64,000 bases of DNA from an uncultured Nitrososphaeraceae archaeon (GCA_963779615.1 CAVZZA010000005.1:480001-544000), one strand, 5' to 3'. Positions 43,787-58,444 are shown, counted from the first letter of the stretch. Notes: generated from the letters alone by a model not told the origin. Numbers and translations are program-made.

Positions 43787-44173
43787 ATGAAGGGAATTGA
43801 GTTTGTTTTTCTTGGAATGGGTGCAATTTTGGGTGCGTTCTTGAGATACAAAATAACAGCTGCGCCCCTGCTGTTTGGAAGTTTTGTCTCAAATGTGCTG
43901 TTGGTAAACATTGTGGGAAGTTTCATCTTGGGAATCTTTTCAGTGCTGTCCGCATCCTTGAATCTTGATTCAAGGTCATCCTTTCTTGTTGCAATAGGTT
44001 TTTGCGGATCCTTGACCACCATGTCCTCGTTCGCTTTGGAGAGTGTCAACATGCTGGATGATCGGCAATTTTTTAGCGTCGCAGCAAACATCATTGCAAA
44101 TGTTTCATTGTCCCTTCTTGCGGTGTATGGCGGTAGAATTCTAATATCTCAGATCATACAAGGTAACAACTAA
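43787..44173 (+). CDS. crcB: fluoride efflux channel Fluc/CrcB
   Basis: GAILGAFLRY, LLVNIVGSFILG and GFCGSLTTMSSFALE motifs. Confidence 0.93.
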   Translation: MKGIEFVFLGMGAILGAFLRYKITAAPLLFGSFVSNVLLVNIVGSFILGIFSVLSASLNLDSRSSFLVAIGFCGSLTTMSSFALESVNMLDDRQFFSVAANIIANVSLSLLAVYGGRILISQIIQGNN

Positions 44174-44487
44174 TGGTAAGACAATCAATGCTCTGCCTAA
44201 CCATACGAATCAAAAAGAATGACGAGGTAAATGGAAAAAGACTGGAAAAGGCATTGCTGGAATTCCTGAAGAAATCAAAAGTGTCAGGAGCAACAGTTTG
44301 GTTGGGTGTTGATGGATTTGGCAAGAGCGGAAAATCAACACTCCATTTGGAGGGCCTGACAATCAACCAGCCCATGATGATTGATATTGTTGAAGAAAGC
44401 TCAATAATAGAGCCACTGCTTCCCCAACTCAAAAGGATGGTAAATGACCATGGAATAATAACGATACAAAGGGTGGAGGTAGTTTAA
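44173..44487 (+). CDS. DUF190 (PII-like) protein, translationally coupled to crcB
   Basis: GATVWLGVDGFG, P.MIDIVE and GIITIQRV motifs; TAATG stop/start overlap. Confidence 0.9.
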   Translation: MVRQSMLCLTIRIKKNDEVNGKRLEKALLEFLKKSKVSGATVWLGVDGFGKSGKSTLHLEGLTINQPMMIDIVEESSIIEPLLPQLKRMVNDHGIITIQRVEVV

Positions 44488-44789
44488 TTAACCAATCAAT
44501 CAATTTCTCGCGTATTTAGAGTCATTGCTTTTTCTCATGTCCTAAATCTTTTAATGCCCATGCAACCAACAAATTCTCCATCTCTCTGGACATTGTTTCT
44601 GCTTCTGCAGACTTGAGTGCCTTCTTCCATTATTCCGTTTTTGTTCAAGTCGGCTTTATTTGACAGCAAATCCGGTGGAACATATGGAAGAAACCATGTC
44701 TCCTTGATCGAGTGAAAGCAACAGCATCAACTTCGTTACCCTCAAACATTGGGTGGTGTTTAATAATGTATGCTGCGTATTGGGTATTA

Positions 44790-45203
44790 ATGACACTAAA
44801 TAAACCAAATTACACCATTCTTGCAATTATTGCAGCAACAAGTCTAGTTTTGTTTTCATACAATGTTGCCTCCTCCTACGCACAGACAAACGCAACAGAC
44901 AACTCCACCTCTTCCGCATCCATGGCATCCAATGTTACCACTTCAGCAGCAGCAGCAGCAGCTCAGTCCCCATCCCCAGGCAATCCGGCAGTAACGAGCA
45001 TTGATGCAGGGATATCCGCATTGAAAAGCGGAGACAGTGAGGGTGCAAAGAGTAACCTGTACAAGGCAGAGGTGGCACTAGAAGGCAATCCCAATAGCGC
45101 AGGAGCAGAGAAACATGTCGAAGCAGCCCTGAAGGCATTAAAAGACGGTGACACCAAGGGAGCAACATTCCATGCTGAGGAGGCAAAAAAAGGCCTCTCT
45201 TAA
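44790..45203 (+). CDS. secreted hypothetical protein with a two-repeat helical C-terminus
   Basis: Signal peptide ending SYAQ; ALKSGD..GA / ALKDGD..GA repeats. Confidence 0.75.
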   Translation: MTLNKPNYTILAIIAATSLVLFSYNVASSYAQTNATDNSTSSASMASNVTTSAAAAAAQSPSPGNPAVTSIDAGISALKSGDSEGAKSNLYKAEVALEGNPNSAGAEKHVEAALKALKDGDTKGATFHAEEAKKGLS

Positions 45204-45234
45204 CTATCGAAATTCCGATTAGTTTCTTTTTAAG

Positions 45235-45681
45235 GTGAGTCTCATGGCAAATCAAAAAGTCATTGTGTACTTGTTATGCGCATTTCTAATCGCAAATGCC
45301 ATCATATACTTCTTGGTCGCACTGGGAGAATACACCGATTTAACGGAACTTCTCAGTTATGGCATTGAAGGCGAGACACAGGAAAAACAGGTGGAAATCA
45401 CCCTTTTTGTGGGCTCGGGTATTGTGTACTTGGGGCTATTTGCATGGGTGTTTAAGGCTGGAACAAGGAAAAGGCTCCCATACGTGGCTTCAATTGCCGT
45501 GGCAGTTGCATTAATCATAACCTATGTCGCATCAAGGACTGTTGGTGTGCCCATAGTAGGGGTAGAGTATTATGTAGGCAGGTTAGATGTGGTTTCAAAG
45601 GCCCTCCAGGCCATTGTGATCGGCATTTCGGGATTTGCGCTGTTTAACATGAAAAAGCAATTTACAAAAGGTGCCAAATGA
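45235..45681 (+). CDS. 4-TM membrane protein
   Basis: Four hydrophobic segments and a YVASRTVGVP motif. Confidence 0.75.
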   Translation: MSLMANQKVIVYLLCAFLIANAIIYFLVALGEYTDLTELLSYGIEGETQEKQVEITLFVGSGIVYLGLFAWVFKAGTRKRLPYVASIAVAVALIITYVASRTVGVPIVGVEYYVGRLDVVSKALQAIVIGISGFALFNMKKQFTKGAK

Positions 45682-45928
45682 CTGTTTTGATTCACCCCTG
45701 TAATTTATTTTTTCCCTTAGTTTTCCATATCTACTATGCTTCCATAAACCTTTTCGTTTGAAAGGCTCAAACCCATTGCGGTATGGCTCTCAATTATGTG
45801 CACCTGTAAACAACACCACAACTGAAGTAACAACAAGTCTAGAGAGCATGATACCCGGCATGAACGGTACAGAGCCTGAACGGGTATTTCCAGCAGGGTC
45901 ATAAAGTGGTTGATGAACTATATCGAGT

Positions 45929-47080
45929 ATGAAAATTACAAACAGTACTTTTGTGCTCCAGGCTACGTTTTTGTCATTGACAACCATCCTCCTTTTTCTG
46001 TCATCATCGGGTTCATTCAGCGTAAACACATTATCATCATCATCATCATTAGCATTTGGGCAAATTGATAATTCCACATCATACAACAGAACTTCTTCAG
46101 TTAATCAAAACACCACCAGCAATGCTGATTTAGTCCCGGCCACTCAAATACTTCCCTCTTGGAATCAGGGCACAGTGAAAGAAAGAATAGTAAATTTTGT
46201 AAACAACGTAACCAACCCTGAAAGCCCAAACTACGTTCCACCAGAAGACAGGATAGCGGTCTTTGACAATGATGGAACCATGTGGTCAGAAAAACCAACC
46301 TATTTTCAAGCTTTTTTTCTACTGGATAGGCTTGAACAGGTGTCCAATTCAAATCCCCAAATAAAGCAAAACCCGCAGATACAGCAGCTGTTGGATAAAA
46401 ACTTTACAAATTTGCAGTTAAATGAAAAAGATGTCATGTCTTTGGCATTGTTAACTCATTCAAACATGACTCAGCCCGCATTTAACAAAATGGTTGAGGT
46501 GTGGGCAAAGACAGCACAACACCCGCAGACACACATTAGATTTGTGGAGATGGTATACCAGCCAATGATTGAGCTCGTCGGTTATCTTAAAGCAAACCAT
46601 TTTAAGGTATTTATAGTCTCAGGGGGCGGGGTTGACTTTATGAGAGAAGCCCTCTCTCTAGTATATGGGATACCACCAGACCAGATGATAGGAAGCAGCA
46701 TAAAATACCAGTATGTTAACGGAACTGACGGAAGAAACTCAACTATATTTAGGGAGCCAAAACCGGATTCTTTTGATAACAATGAGGTGAAACCGGAGAA
46801 CATTCAACTGCATATAGGGCAAGTGCCCATACTTGCTGCAGGAAACTCAGATGGGGACCTGCAAATGCTCACATATACTGACGATAACAACAAAGTTGGC
46901 AAATCACTAGAAATTCTGGTCCACCATGATGACGGCACTAGAGAATACTCCTATGATAAGGGAGCTGAAAATGTTCTACAAAAAGCCAAAGACAGAAACT
47001 GGGATGTGGTAAGCATGAAGAATGACTTTAAGGACATGTTTCCTGTCGAAAATAAAAATAAGACCGCATTAAATCAATGA
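45929..47080 (+). CDS. secreted HAD-superfamily hydrolase (nonspecific acid phosphatase-like)
   Basis: LPSWN, AVFDNDGTMWSEKP, IVSGGG, GNSDGD and HHDD.TREY.YD motifs. Confidence 0.9.
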   Translation: MKITNSTFVLQATFLSLTTILLFLSSSGSFSVNTLSSSSSLAFGQIDNSTSYNRTSSVNQNTTSNADLVPATQILPSWNQGTVKERIVNFVNNVTNPESPNYVPPEDRIAVFDNDGTMWSEKPTYFQAFFLLDRLEQVSNSNPQIKQNPQIQQLLDKNFTNLQLNEKDVMSLALLTHSNMTQPAFNKMVEVWAKTAQHPQTHIRFVEMVYQPMIELVGYLKANHFKVFIVSGGGVDFMREALSLVYGIPPDQMIGSSIKYQYVNGTDGRNSTIFREPKPDSFDNNEVKPENIQLHIGQVPILAAGNSDGDLQMLTYTDDNNKVGKSLEILVHHDDGTREYSYDKGAENVLQKAKDRNWDVVSMKNDFKDMFPVENKNKTALNQ

Positions 47081-47972
47081 TACTGGATTAGTATCACATT
47101 TTTCATTTGTGTAGCTCGGCTTTGCAGTTTTCAATCAGGAAAAATTGTATCTATCGATATTTAGATTGATCGGGGTCAAAACACTGATCTAACGTATCAA
47201 CCAGTTTATCCCTGTGTTCCTTTACATTTTGGAGGATTGAGCCAGACAACCCCCTAGCGTTGAGCCTTTAGAATAGCACAGAACGGAAGCCCAAGGAAGT
47301 ATAATAGGCTAACAGTCCTATAAAGGGTACACGAAACGTCTTGTAGTCCAGTGGTGTTTGTTTTGGTAACATACACACAACTCCAGTAATGAAAAGAACA
47401 CATTTCATTTGGTGGTTGAAGATAAAGAAGCAGAATACAGAGCAAAACAATTCTGCCTACAGATGCGGAGGATATATATGTACATTAAATCTCGCATAAC
47501 TAGGGATTTCAAACACCACTCCTTATCATTTTTATTTGCCATTTAATGGTGGTGATTCCCATTATAAAGTTTAAACATCAAAAACATATGGCTGTACATT
47601 ATGACCATCATCGGCACAGGTAAGGGTTGGGAAGTACCAAAAAGACCAAAAGAATAAAGGCATTCCAAATGTAGTTGATGGTGTCCATTGTCATAGCAAT
47701 GACAGCATATGCACTTGCATATAGTTATAAAAAGAAAAACGGATGCCAATCTATCGACTAGTTAAAGTGGAAAAAAGACATATGACAAGAAAATCCGAAA
47801 CATCTTTCTTGTACCTGATAATCCATTACAATGCAAAAGTCAAGTAAAACACAAAAGAGATATCAAATTTATCCGGGAACAAAATTTGCGCTCTTGTGTA
47901 TATGCCCCAAAATAGTGTAATAACTTAATATGCACGTCTTAATATTGAACCAACATGAGTAAGGATATATAG

Positions 47973-48317
47973 TTGATACTTCAGGTCACTGTTGAAGAGG
48001 GAAGGATCGAGGAGTTCAAGAGGTTGGTAGAGGAGATTACAAGAGCTGTTGGTCTTAATGAACCAGGCACCAAGAGTTATCAATATCACCTCAATGATGG
48101 TGAAACAAAGTGCGTAATAAGCGAGTTATATGCAGACTCAGAAGCTGTTCTTGCTCACCTGAATGGAGTTGCAGCACAAACAATACTTCCAAAGATTTTC
48201 AACGTTTCGAAGATAAACCGGTTTGAAGTTTTTGGCGATCCAAGCGAGGAATTGCAGGAAGCGTTGACAAAGTCTGGTTCACAGAATTATCATTTTTTCG
48301 CTGGCTTTACTCGTTAA
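47973..48317 (+). CDS. antibiotic biosynthesis monooxygenase / quinol monooxygenase-like protein
   Basis: EPGT.SY, E.YADSEA..AH and EVFGDP motifs. Confidence 0.8.
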   Translation: MILQVTVEEGRIEEFKRLVEEITRAVGLNEPGTKSYQYHLNDGETKCVISELYADSEAVLAHLNGVAAQTILPKIFNVSKINRFEVFGDPSEELQEALTKSGSQNYHFFAGFTR

Positions 48318-48491
48318 GAGTATCATGGGATTAAGAAAAAAGCGGCTGAACATTAGCAAAGATACCAAAACAGTTTATTGATCCTTCAGGCAGTCCCTGC
48401 TTAATTAACTATGCCAAGGAAGCCACACAATCCCCATGTTATTGATTGGAGAGCTTTGGACAAACACGCCATACAAAAGACCCTAGACCTG

Positions 48492-50627
<2,136 letters not shown>

Positions 50628-52019
50628 TCGTAAAGGTTATTGTTAGATATTATACAAGAGTTCAAAAAATTCTAAATCTTTTAACATTAACCCATATAGT
50701 CTCAAATATTCCATCTTTGTTGTATATGTTTAATTAAAAAAAAATATGTGTTTTTTAAAACCCCGGCATTAATTTATTAGCAACACAACGCAGACTTCTA
50801 AAAACATTCCTGCGGCTAACCTTACTCAATTGATATCCTTGGTTGAATCCTCCAAGGCCATGGCAATGTCAAAAGGCAATACGGGGTCCACAGACTTTTG
50901 GTTGGCCAAACTGGAATGAATCCCATGATGGGGAATAACGCATTTCAAACATTGTCTTTGGTTAAAAACACAAGCATCCAAATTGGGGCTGGTAGCATAG
51001 TCACAAGGTTTGGTCAACACCTCGAACCATTTCCATGGGGCTGCATGGAGGCATGGGAGAAGATGGGGTGGAGAACCAGAAGCATCTGCCGTGCCAAAAG
51101 AATTTGGTGCAGTGTGGTTGTTCCTTTTTTTTGGTTAGTGCTTTTCAGTCCAGTCGATTAAATTAGTAACATGTGACAGGGATTGCTTTTTTTTATCTTT
51201 CCTGCTTCATGCAGATAACGGTGGTAGACTTCTTGGCTTCAATAAGCATGTTACAGCAACAACCTTCTCAGAAAAGATGGTGCTGCTGTATATCAATTAG
51301 GGATTGCATGCCAAAATGACAAATGGCTGCATAGAAATGACAAGTGTATCAAGCACTTGCCTCAGCATTGCTGTGGGTGCTATTGTTGGTGCTCTGACAG
51401 GAGGGTGGCATATCAAATGGCATCACATCAATTCGATCAACGTTCCTACAATTAAAACTGACAAGAAGAATCATAATAGAAACCAACAGTTCCCCTACCC
51501 ATGCCAGAATCGAGGCCCACCGGGACAGTTATTTCCTTTAGTAACACGGTGAGACAGGGAACAAAACACATCAAAACTACAATACTGCCATCCGGAGGCT
51601 CCAGTTTCTTTATGTTTTTCAGAATATGGTCATTGTTTGGCTATCTTATCTTTTATCGAATTTACAATAACGGAGGCATGGTCATAATTCATTTCATCGC
51701 TTGATGTGTTTCATAACATATTAAAGCTAACCTCTGGAATATTATTTTGGATATAACTGTAGCAAAGCAGATCGCCAGATTAAATGAATCCATCCTTTTT
51801 TAGCATCCTGTATCGTACAATGGTCCGGAGTGACAAACAAGGCTTGTGTCATTTGCCGGGAACTACCAAATGTTCCGTTACCTGAATTAAACAAAAGTGT
51901 GTGAAGTATTGGAATCACACTACAAAATTTTCTTAAATTCTTATATGAAATGATCCTCCTGATATTCTCAATATGCATGTTACCTTCCCCATATATAAAA
52001 TAATTTAGGTAATACTGCA

Positions 52020-52385
52020 ATGAAAAACAATCTTAAACTATTGTCAGCAAGTTTGTTCTTAGTAATGGTAATAGGAACTACCACTAGCGGCGCACTTAGC
52101 TCAGCGTATGCTGGCGGTGACAAGCACAAGGTTAACGACAGTGTGAAGGTAAACTGCAACGATGTTGGCATTGCTCTTGCAACACTAAGTTTGGCTTATG
52201 GAGACCTTGATTCAGATGGGAAGGCCACACTTGAGGACGAGCTTCAAGAAGGAGAGATAGCACCGAATGTGGATGCCATAAGAGATAACTTGCAAAGCGT
52301 ATTGCACACAGTTCAGGATAAGTGCGGGAATGTTGATTTTCTAGGCTTTGTTGACTTTAATTCCGAAGATTTTGTGGTGGATTAA
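52020..52385 (+). CDS. secreted acidic hypothetical protein
   Basis: Signal peptide (AYA), two Cys and a T-rich terminator downstream. Confidence 0.75.
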   Translation: MKNNLKLLSASLFLVMVIGTTTSGALSSAYAGGDKHKVNDSVKVNCNDVGIALATLSLAYGDLDSDGKATLEDELQEGEIAPNVDAIRDNLQSVLHTVQDKCGNVDFLGFVDFNSEDFVVD

Positions 52386-53142
52386 AACTTCCATCAAAAA
52401 CATAACCCCCTTTTTTTTATTGATTTATTCACAAGTTTAGGATTTGAATCATCAATTATTGCAAAGTTAACGAGATTATTGCAAACAATGTTTTAGTTTC
52501 CCGATTTGCCCTAACACTAGATGCAGACTCTATTGTGGAGGTTGAAATGTTTACGCCTTTTGCCAACTTGCCCATTCGCTCAAGGTCTGAAACCCTGTTT
52601 CTTCAGGGCCAAAAAACAGGTTTCAAAGTCCTGTGATCAGGTTAAGTCCATCACAAAGAAAAAGACAGTCCGCTAGGTGGATAAGGAACACCTTGCTATC
52701 CGTTATTTTTCACATTCTTTTTTTTTGATGAACGCGCAATAAAAAAATACAGTGTTTGCCTTTTTTCAGAAGAGGACGGAAACAACAGTACAGAGAACCC
52801 TGACAAAAAACTTGATTCGTTTTTCAAATATGGAACATGTACAAGTTAGTAAAAATATCTTTTTATGATTACATCATTTTTTGCCTAATCAAAAAGTTTT
52901 TTCCTGTCACACTACTCATAGATTTCTCTCGAGATGAGACTAATCACATCATTCGCTCAATTTAATACCTTTCGCAAAATAGATACAACAAATTTAATGG
53001 AATGGGACTAACTTTGGCAATCAGGCTAAAACCATTCTCAAAGATAGATTTTGATTAAGAATAACTCCAAAGAGGAAAAAAAAGGAGCGTTTAATGAAAA
53101 AACTATAAGATACCAAAACCACACAAGAAAAAGCGGTAGTGA

Positions 53143-53454
53143 ATGAGCTCCAAATCAGACATACTGAAAGACGCACCACAGGAAATAATGGCAACCTACG
53201 CAAGGTTGACCCTGTTGTGGGACGAGAAGCACCATAACGGCGACTGGAACGGGTTAATCCATGGAGAGGACATCGATAGGGTTTACGGTGGCAGGGACAA
53301 AGCGCAGGTGTCCGAATCCCTCAGGTTCCTGGTTGATAATGCCTACATTACGGTTGACAATAACGAGAAAGAAGATGTTGTGGGCATTACGATGTACTCG
53401 AGGGAGTTGGATGAGGAAGTATTGGGAAGCATACTAAAGCATATCCACACATAA
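53143..53454 (+). CDS. hypothetical protein (possible winged helix)
   Basis: Intact 103-aa ORF, more GC-rich than its flanks. Confidence 0.55.
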   Translation: MSSKSDILKDAPQEIMATYARLTLLWDEKHHNGDWNGLIHGEDIDRVYGGRDKAQVSESLRFLVDNAYITVDNNEKEDVVGITMYSRELDEEVLGSILKHIHT

Positions 53455-53638
53455 AATTTGCTTTGCCTCTGGTTTGATTGCGATACAATATTGATTACGG
53501 ATGCTAATGACGAGCGTACAGCAATGCGTTAAATAAAAAAAGGCATGAGGCATTTTCACAATTTACTGTCATGCAGTGTGTACTGTCTTCTTAAGCGAAC
53601 GGTAGAGGATAAATTAACTATTCCACACATGTATTGTT

Positions 53639-54207
53639 TTAACGGATTCTGCAATGTTTGCTTTTGATTTCGCCTAGTTCTGTCTCGTAATACTTTTTTG
53701 TATCCATCGGCTTGTCCATGTCGTATTCTAATAGGACTTTCTCTTGCTTTAGATTACATATTCTCCGTGCCAAATCAACAGCATGGCTCAAATCCCTCAT
53801 CTTGATGTTGGCTCCATTCACAAAATCAAATAACTTCAGGTATGCCCCTACTAGATTCCTCTTGTTTTCCGTTAATACACATGAGGCCTTTTCTATGTTT
53901 TGCAATATCAGATAGTCAAGATGGATTTTCAAAGCCTGGCCTGTGGGCAGGTCAAGCCCAATGGCAACTTGGACAATGGACTTGCCCTCCAAAAATAGAT
54001 TAAAGGCCTGGGATGAAACAGACAGTGGTTTTTTATTTTTATCCCCTTGTTGCTGCCATTCATCAACCTCTCCAGTTAGTTTCTGCCTTATCTTCTTGAT
54101 GTAGGAAAACAATAACATGGCCATCTTTGAAATCTCCATTGTAGTATGACCTTTTTTCAATAGTCAACAACTAGCGCCCATTTGTCTTTTGCGGAAAATA
54201 CTGTCAA
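53639..54207 (-). pseudogene. HTH/coiled-coil protein of a family expanded in Nitrososphaerales, decayed
   Basis: TTG 54207 gives VFSAKDKWALVVDY; after a frameshift, KKGHTT.EISK...LSVSSQAFNLFLEGKSIVQVAIGLDL. Confidence 0.6.
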
Positions 54208-54643
54208 CAACCGATATTTTATCTGGTTGCTTTATGAAGAGATGAGGTTGCCATCTGTGCTACACATTTTCTTGACTGTTACCGATGTTTTCAATTTCTA
54301 CATATGTTGTTTTGTATGTTGTTTTTGATTGGTGTTCAACATATTATCCATACATAAAAATAAATCTATAAAAATACAAACCACTAGTTATAAACAAAGA
54401 CAGATAGGCAGGGATACGAAAATTGGTGGTAGGTATATCTATTGCTATTTTTCTTTATTGCAATCATTTTTTTTACTTGTCTTTCTATTTTAACTGAGGC
54501 AAGAAAGATGGATTTGAGTCAAGATTGACATTTATTGATTGCAGTAATTCATTTCTAAGAACAGTAACTACCATATTTGTCTCCAACTTTCTTCCCATTT
54601 TCAATATAACTTAATAGCTCGTGGATGTTCTGGATTACCTATA

Positions 54644-56512
54644 GTGGCATTTTCTATAAAATATATTTTTTTAGGGATTTTAACTCTGTTTACTCCTTTT
54701 GCAATATTTCCCTGCATTTATGCACAGACACATGATAAAACCCTGTATGAATTGACAAAACAATCTCCCAAAATTGAAGTATCTCATATTGATGTAGGCA
54801 AAGAGCCTTTTACCATAAAATATGTTGCAAATGAAAAAGTGTATGTTGCCAACTCCGGTTCCAACACAGTTTCGGTAATAGATGCAACCACCAACGAGAA
54901 GACAAAAGACATAGTTGTTGGAAAGTTTCCCTTCGTTATAGGTTATTCTGGCAATACAGTGTATGTTGCCAACTCCGGTTCCGACACAGTTTCGGTAATA
55001 AATGCATCAAAAGGCGAGAAGATAAAAGACATAGCGGTTGGAAAGTTTCCCAAGGCTATAGATTCTTCCCGCGATGCGGTGTATGTTGCCAACTCCGGTT
55101 CCAACACTGTTTCGGTAATAAATGCAACCACCAACGAGAAGATAAAAGACATAGCGGTTGGAGTTTACCCTTGGGCCACATATTCTGCTTTTGATAACTT
55201 ATATGTGGCAAACTTAAATTCCGACACAGTTTCGGTAATAAATGCAACCACCAACGAGGTTGTAAAAAACATAGTCGTTGGATTTGACCCTATGGCTATA
55301 AACTCTTTTGGTGATTCAGTGTATGTTGCAAATTACGCTTCCAACACAGTTTCGGTAATAAATGCAACCACCAACGAGAAGACAAAAGACATAGCGGTTG
55401 GAGATAAACCCAACATTTTAGATTTTTCTGATTATGCGGTGTATGTTGCCAACTCCGGTTCCGACACAGTTTCGGTAATAGATGCAACCACCAACGAGAA
55501 GATAAAAGACATAGCGGTTGGAAAGTTTCCCTTCGCCATGTATTCCTCCCGCAATGCGGTGTATGTTGCCAACTCCGGTTCCGACACAGTTTCGGTAATA
55601 GATGCAACCACCAACGAGAAGATAAAAGACATAGCGGTTGGAGATAAACCCGGCGCCATATCCTCTTTCTTTGATACAGTATATGTGGCAAACTACGGCT
55701 CTGATGGAGTGTCGGTAATTGACGGGATATCTAATGAAGTAGTAGCAGGTGTAAAATTTAATGTTCATCCCATTAACTCAGGTTATATAGAGTGCAATAA
55801 GCTAAAAACTCCAACAGAACATTATCTATATGTATATTCTGGAGACAAGTGCACGGCAAAGGCATCCAAAGGTTTTGAGTTTCAAAGCTGGCAAATGAAC
55901 CTGAAAAATAATGCAACTCTTCTACTGAATACATCCTCTTCCACCTCCTCTTGGGACTCAGTTTTAGACATTTTCAACTTAAAAAAAGATAAGCCTGAAG
56001 CAACTATCAGCATTACAAAATTTGGAAGCTTCACCGCAAACTTTAATGAACTCCCACCGCCACTTCCTCCAGAATACTGGGCCACGCTGTTTGGTTTTGT
56101 TGTTACAACCATCTTGGGCACTTTGCTAATCCCTGCCATCGTACGCTGGTTTAAATCGAGGTCAGATATAAAAAATCTGAACAAATACCATAAAATAATC
56201 GCTAAAATATATGCTGACGAGAAACAGGATGAAAACGACATTGCATCCTTGAACCATTTAAGTGGCTGTGTTTCTGATGACTATTCGAGAGGAAAAATAA
56301 ACAAGGAACATTATGAAAGCTTGAAAAACGAGGTTTCTTCCACCTATGAAGAAATATTCAGAAAAAGATTTCATACAATAAACCCATCAGACAAAGACTC
56401 TAAAGAAAAGGTAAAGGAACTCCGGGATGACATCCTATACGCTTTCTCGAAGGGAAAGATAAATGAGACTCACTACAATATGTTGAAAGAGACGATTGGA
56501 GAGGACAAGTGA
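54644..56512 (+). CDS. YVTN/YncE-family beta-propeller surface protein with C-terminal TM and cytoplasmic tail
   Basis: Eight VYVANSGS.TVSVI.ATTNE..KDIAVG..P repeats, signal peptide and TM segment YWATLFGFVVTTILGTLLIPAIV. Confidence 0.92.
   Translation: MAFSIKYIFLGILTLFTPFAIFPCIYAQTHDKTLYELTKQSPKIEVSHIDVGKEPFTIKYVANEKVYVANSGSNTVSVIDATTNEKTKDIVVGKFPFVIGYSGNTVYVANSGSDTVSVINASKGEKIKDIAVGKFPKAIDSSRDAVYVANSGSNTVSVINATTNEKIKDIAVGVYPWATYSAFDNLYVANLNSDTVSVINATTNEVVKNIVVGFDPMAINSFGDSVYVANYASNTVSVINATTNEKTKDIAVGDKPNILDFSDYAVYVANSGSDTVSVIDATTNEKIKDIAVGKFPFAMYSSRNAVYVANSGSDTVSVIDATTNEKIKDIAVGDKPGAISSFFDTVYVANYGSDGVSVIDGISNEVVAGVKFNVHPINSGYIECNKLKTPTEHYLYVYSGDKCTAKASKGFEFQSWQMNLKNNATLLLNTSSSTSSWDSVLDIFNLKKDKPEATISITKFGSFTANFNELPPPLPPEYWATLFGFVVTTILGTLLIPAIVRWFKSRSDIKNLNKYHKIIAKIYADEKQDENDIASLNHLSGCVSDDYSRGKINKEHYESLKNEVSSTYEEIFRKRFHTINPSDKDSKEKVKELRDDILYAFSKGKINETHYNMLKETIGEDK
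54841..55730 (+). repeat. eight in-frame 120-bp tandem repeats (propeller blades)
   Basis: GTATGTTGCCAACTCCGGTTCC... recurs at 54841, 54961, 55081, 55201, 55321, 55441, 55561 and 55681. Confidence 0.95.
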
Positions 56513-56803
56513 ATTCAAAATCCCGCACTTAATTCCTTGGAATTTAAAACTTGAATTGAATTGGATTATTAGCCGCTGCATCTATCCTAGACACAGGAGC
56601 CGACATGGCCCTGGCGTTTGCCATCAGAGATTTTCTCTCACTGCTGTACCTTGTTCTTGGAGTAGGTCACAGAGTTTGCAGCTTGTGCTTCCTCAATCAT
56701 CGGGATGGCGGCGACTAGGCCTCCAGCCTGAATACAGCAAAGGCCAAGACTACTACATTGAAGGTGGTAGTGATTGATTTTGCATTACATACCATATGCA
56801 ATG

Positions 56804-57806
56804 TGCTTTGTTGCATGATTAGTATTTTACGGATAGAAAAATTGCTATTGATTTAGCAAGATGCAAATTTATTATACACTGAGGCTTTTAGCATCATTTC
56901 TTTTACCATATTCTCTAATTTAACAGAATAAACATTCTCTCCAAACGTTCTCTTTATACAAGAAAGCACGTTTTCTGCAATCCATCTTTGTCCACAGCTT
57001 ACGCTATCTTTCCATTTTTGTAAACCGTTTTTCTTCTGAGACATAACCGACAGATTTCTAATGAAATGGTTTGTTTTCTTGGCTTTGGCGTTTTTCCTTA
57101 CTTTAATACATGGCAAAATGCCACTGTCTGCAAGACATTTAAAAACAGTATTAATGTCGTAGGCGCAATCTGCAATTATTTTACCAACTGTCACATGTTT
57201 TGACTTTGAGATGGCATCAACTATTTTTGGTAACATCTTGCTATCATGGATATGCTCATAAGTTACCTTCATTGAAATTATTTTCTTGCTTTTTACATCT
57301 ACTGCAATGTGAATCTTCAAATAGCCTTCCTAATGTTCCATTTGTCTCTAATCCAATGGCCCCTGTTTGTTACCTTTATTCGTGTACTGTCTATTTCAAC
57401 TATAATATAGTTATCTTTGGTGGATTCTTTGTCAGTAATAGCAGCATCTTCAACTTTGATGTTCAATCGGTTGATTCTTCTGTTTATTGCAGTGTAATCA
57501 GGAATGGATGGAACCTTGTCTTTAGCATGCCCTTGTGCAATACTTTCGGTTTGTCTGCAAGGCAAGTGGAAATATACTTTGGCACATCCAAGCAAGAGAA
57601 GAAACGTGTTCGGATAATGAAATGGTTCACCAGCCTTGTCTTTATTCATCTGTTTTAATTCTTTATCCCAGTTGTCAATAACATCAAAACCAATCAGTAG
57701 TTCTCCTCGTCTATCTAGAGATTGGTTGTAGACGGACAATTTCATAGAGATTATTGAAGAGCGTTAGCTAAATGTATTTGGAAATCAAGAAATCATGCAG
57801 CAAGCA
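56804..57806 (-). mobile_element. IS5-family, IS903-group insertion sequence with frameshifted transposase
   Basis: ORFs 57317..57745 and 56853..57320 (YNQSL.RRGE, PDYTAINRR, IDST.IKV, KIHIAVD, AD.AYD, RWIAE); TIRs TGCTTTGTTGCATGATT (56804) and degenerate AATCATGCAGCAAGCA (57791-57806) resemble IS903 GGCTTTGTTG. Confidence 0.88.
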
Positions 57807-58444
57807 CATATACTCTACTGCTTTATCACGGTATTTTTCCTCGGTAGGATTGTGATTTTTTGTTATCTTGAACCAAGTGGTTTCACATTTCGCAGGATAT
57901 GGTTTCGCAAGTTCTTCAATTACACCTCCCACTTCAAAATAGTCAGGCATAAAAATAAACTCCTATCTCAAAAGATTGGTTGCTAATATGGTGTCGTAAG
58001 ACCTGTTTACTACATCCAATAAATCAGTATATATGAATTACATGTTTATAATTTAATCTGTTGCTTATTTGCTTCCGCTCCCGATATTCAAACAATATTA
58101 ATATAAAACGCACTATATTTATCAAAGTAATTCAAGTTCTCTGTCAATCAGCACATGCACAAATCCAATGTCCAGTAATTCGTCTTGTTATGAAAATACA
58201 TCATGAAGACAAAATGCAAAAACTACCAGATGAGGATGATAATACCAAGAAATGAATCTAACTTACACATAGTGCATGTAATCGAAGAATTCGGTGAATT
58301 GATACAACGATGGGAGCAACACGACAGTTACGTAGAAGAAGTAAAACAGCTTCGTAAAGACTTGCTTCGTCAATGTCTTCTAAATTAGATCTAATGTACG
58401 TAAATACTATGAAGTGGAAGTTCCTCTTCTGTTGTCAGATAAAG

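Noticed and set aside
43600-43787. Fluoride riboswitch upstream of crcB (also checked ~42858)
   Set aside because: No GGCGATGG...CTGATGA...CTAC-type consensus or pseudoknot pairing found
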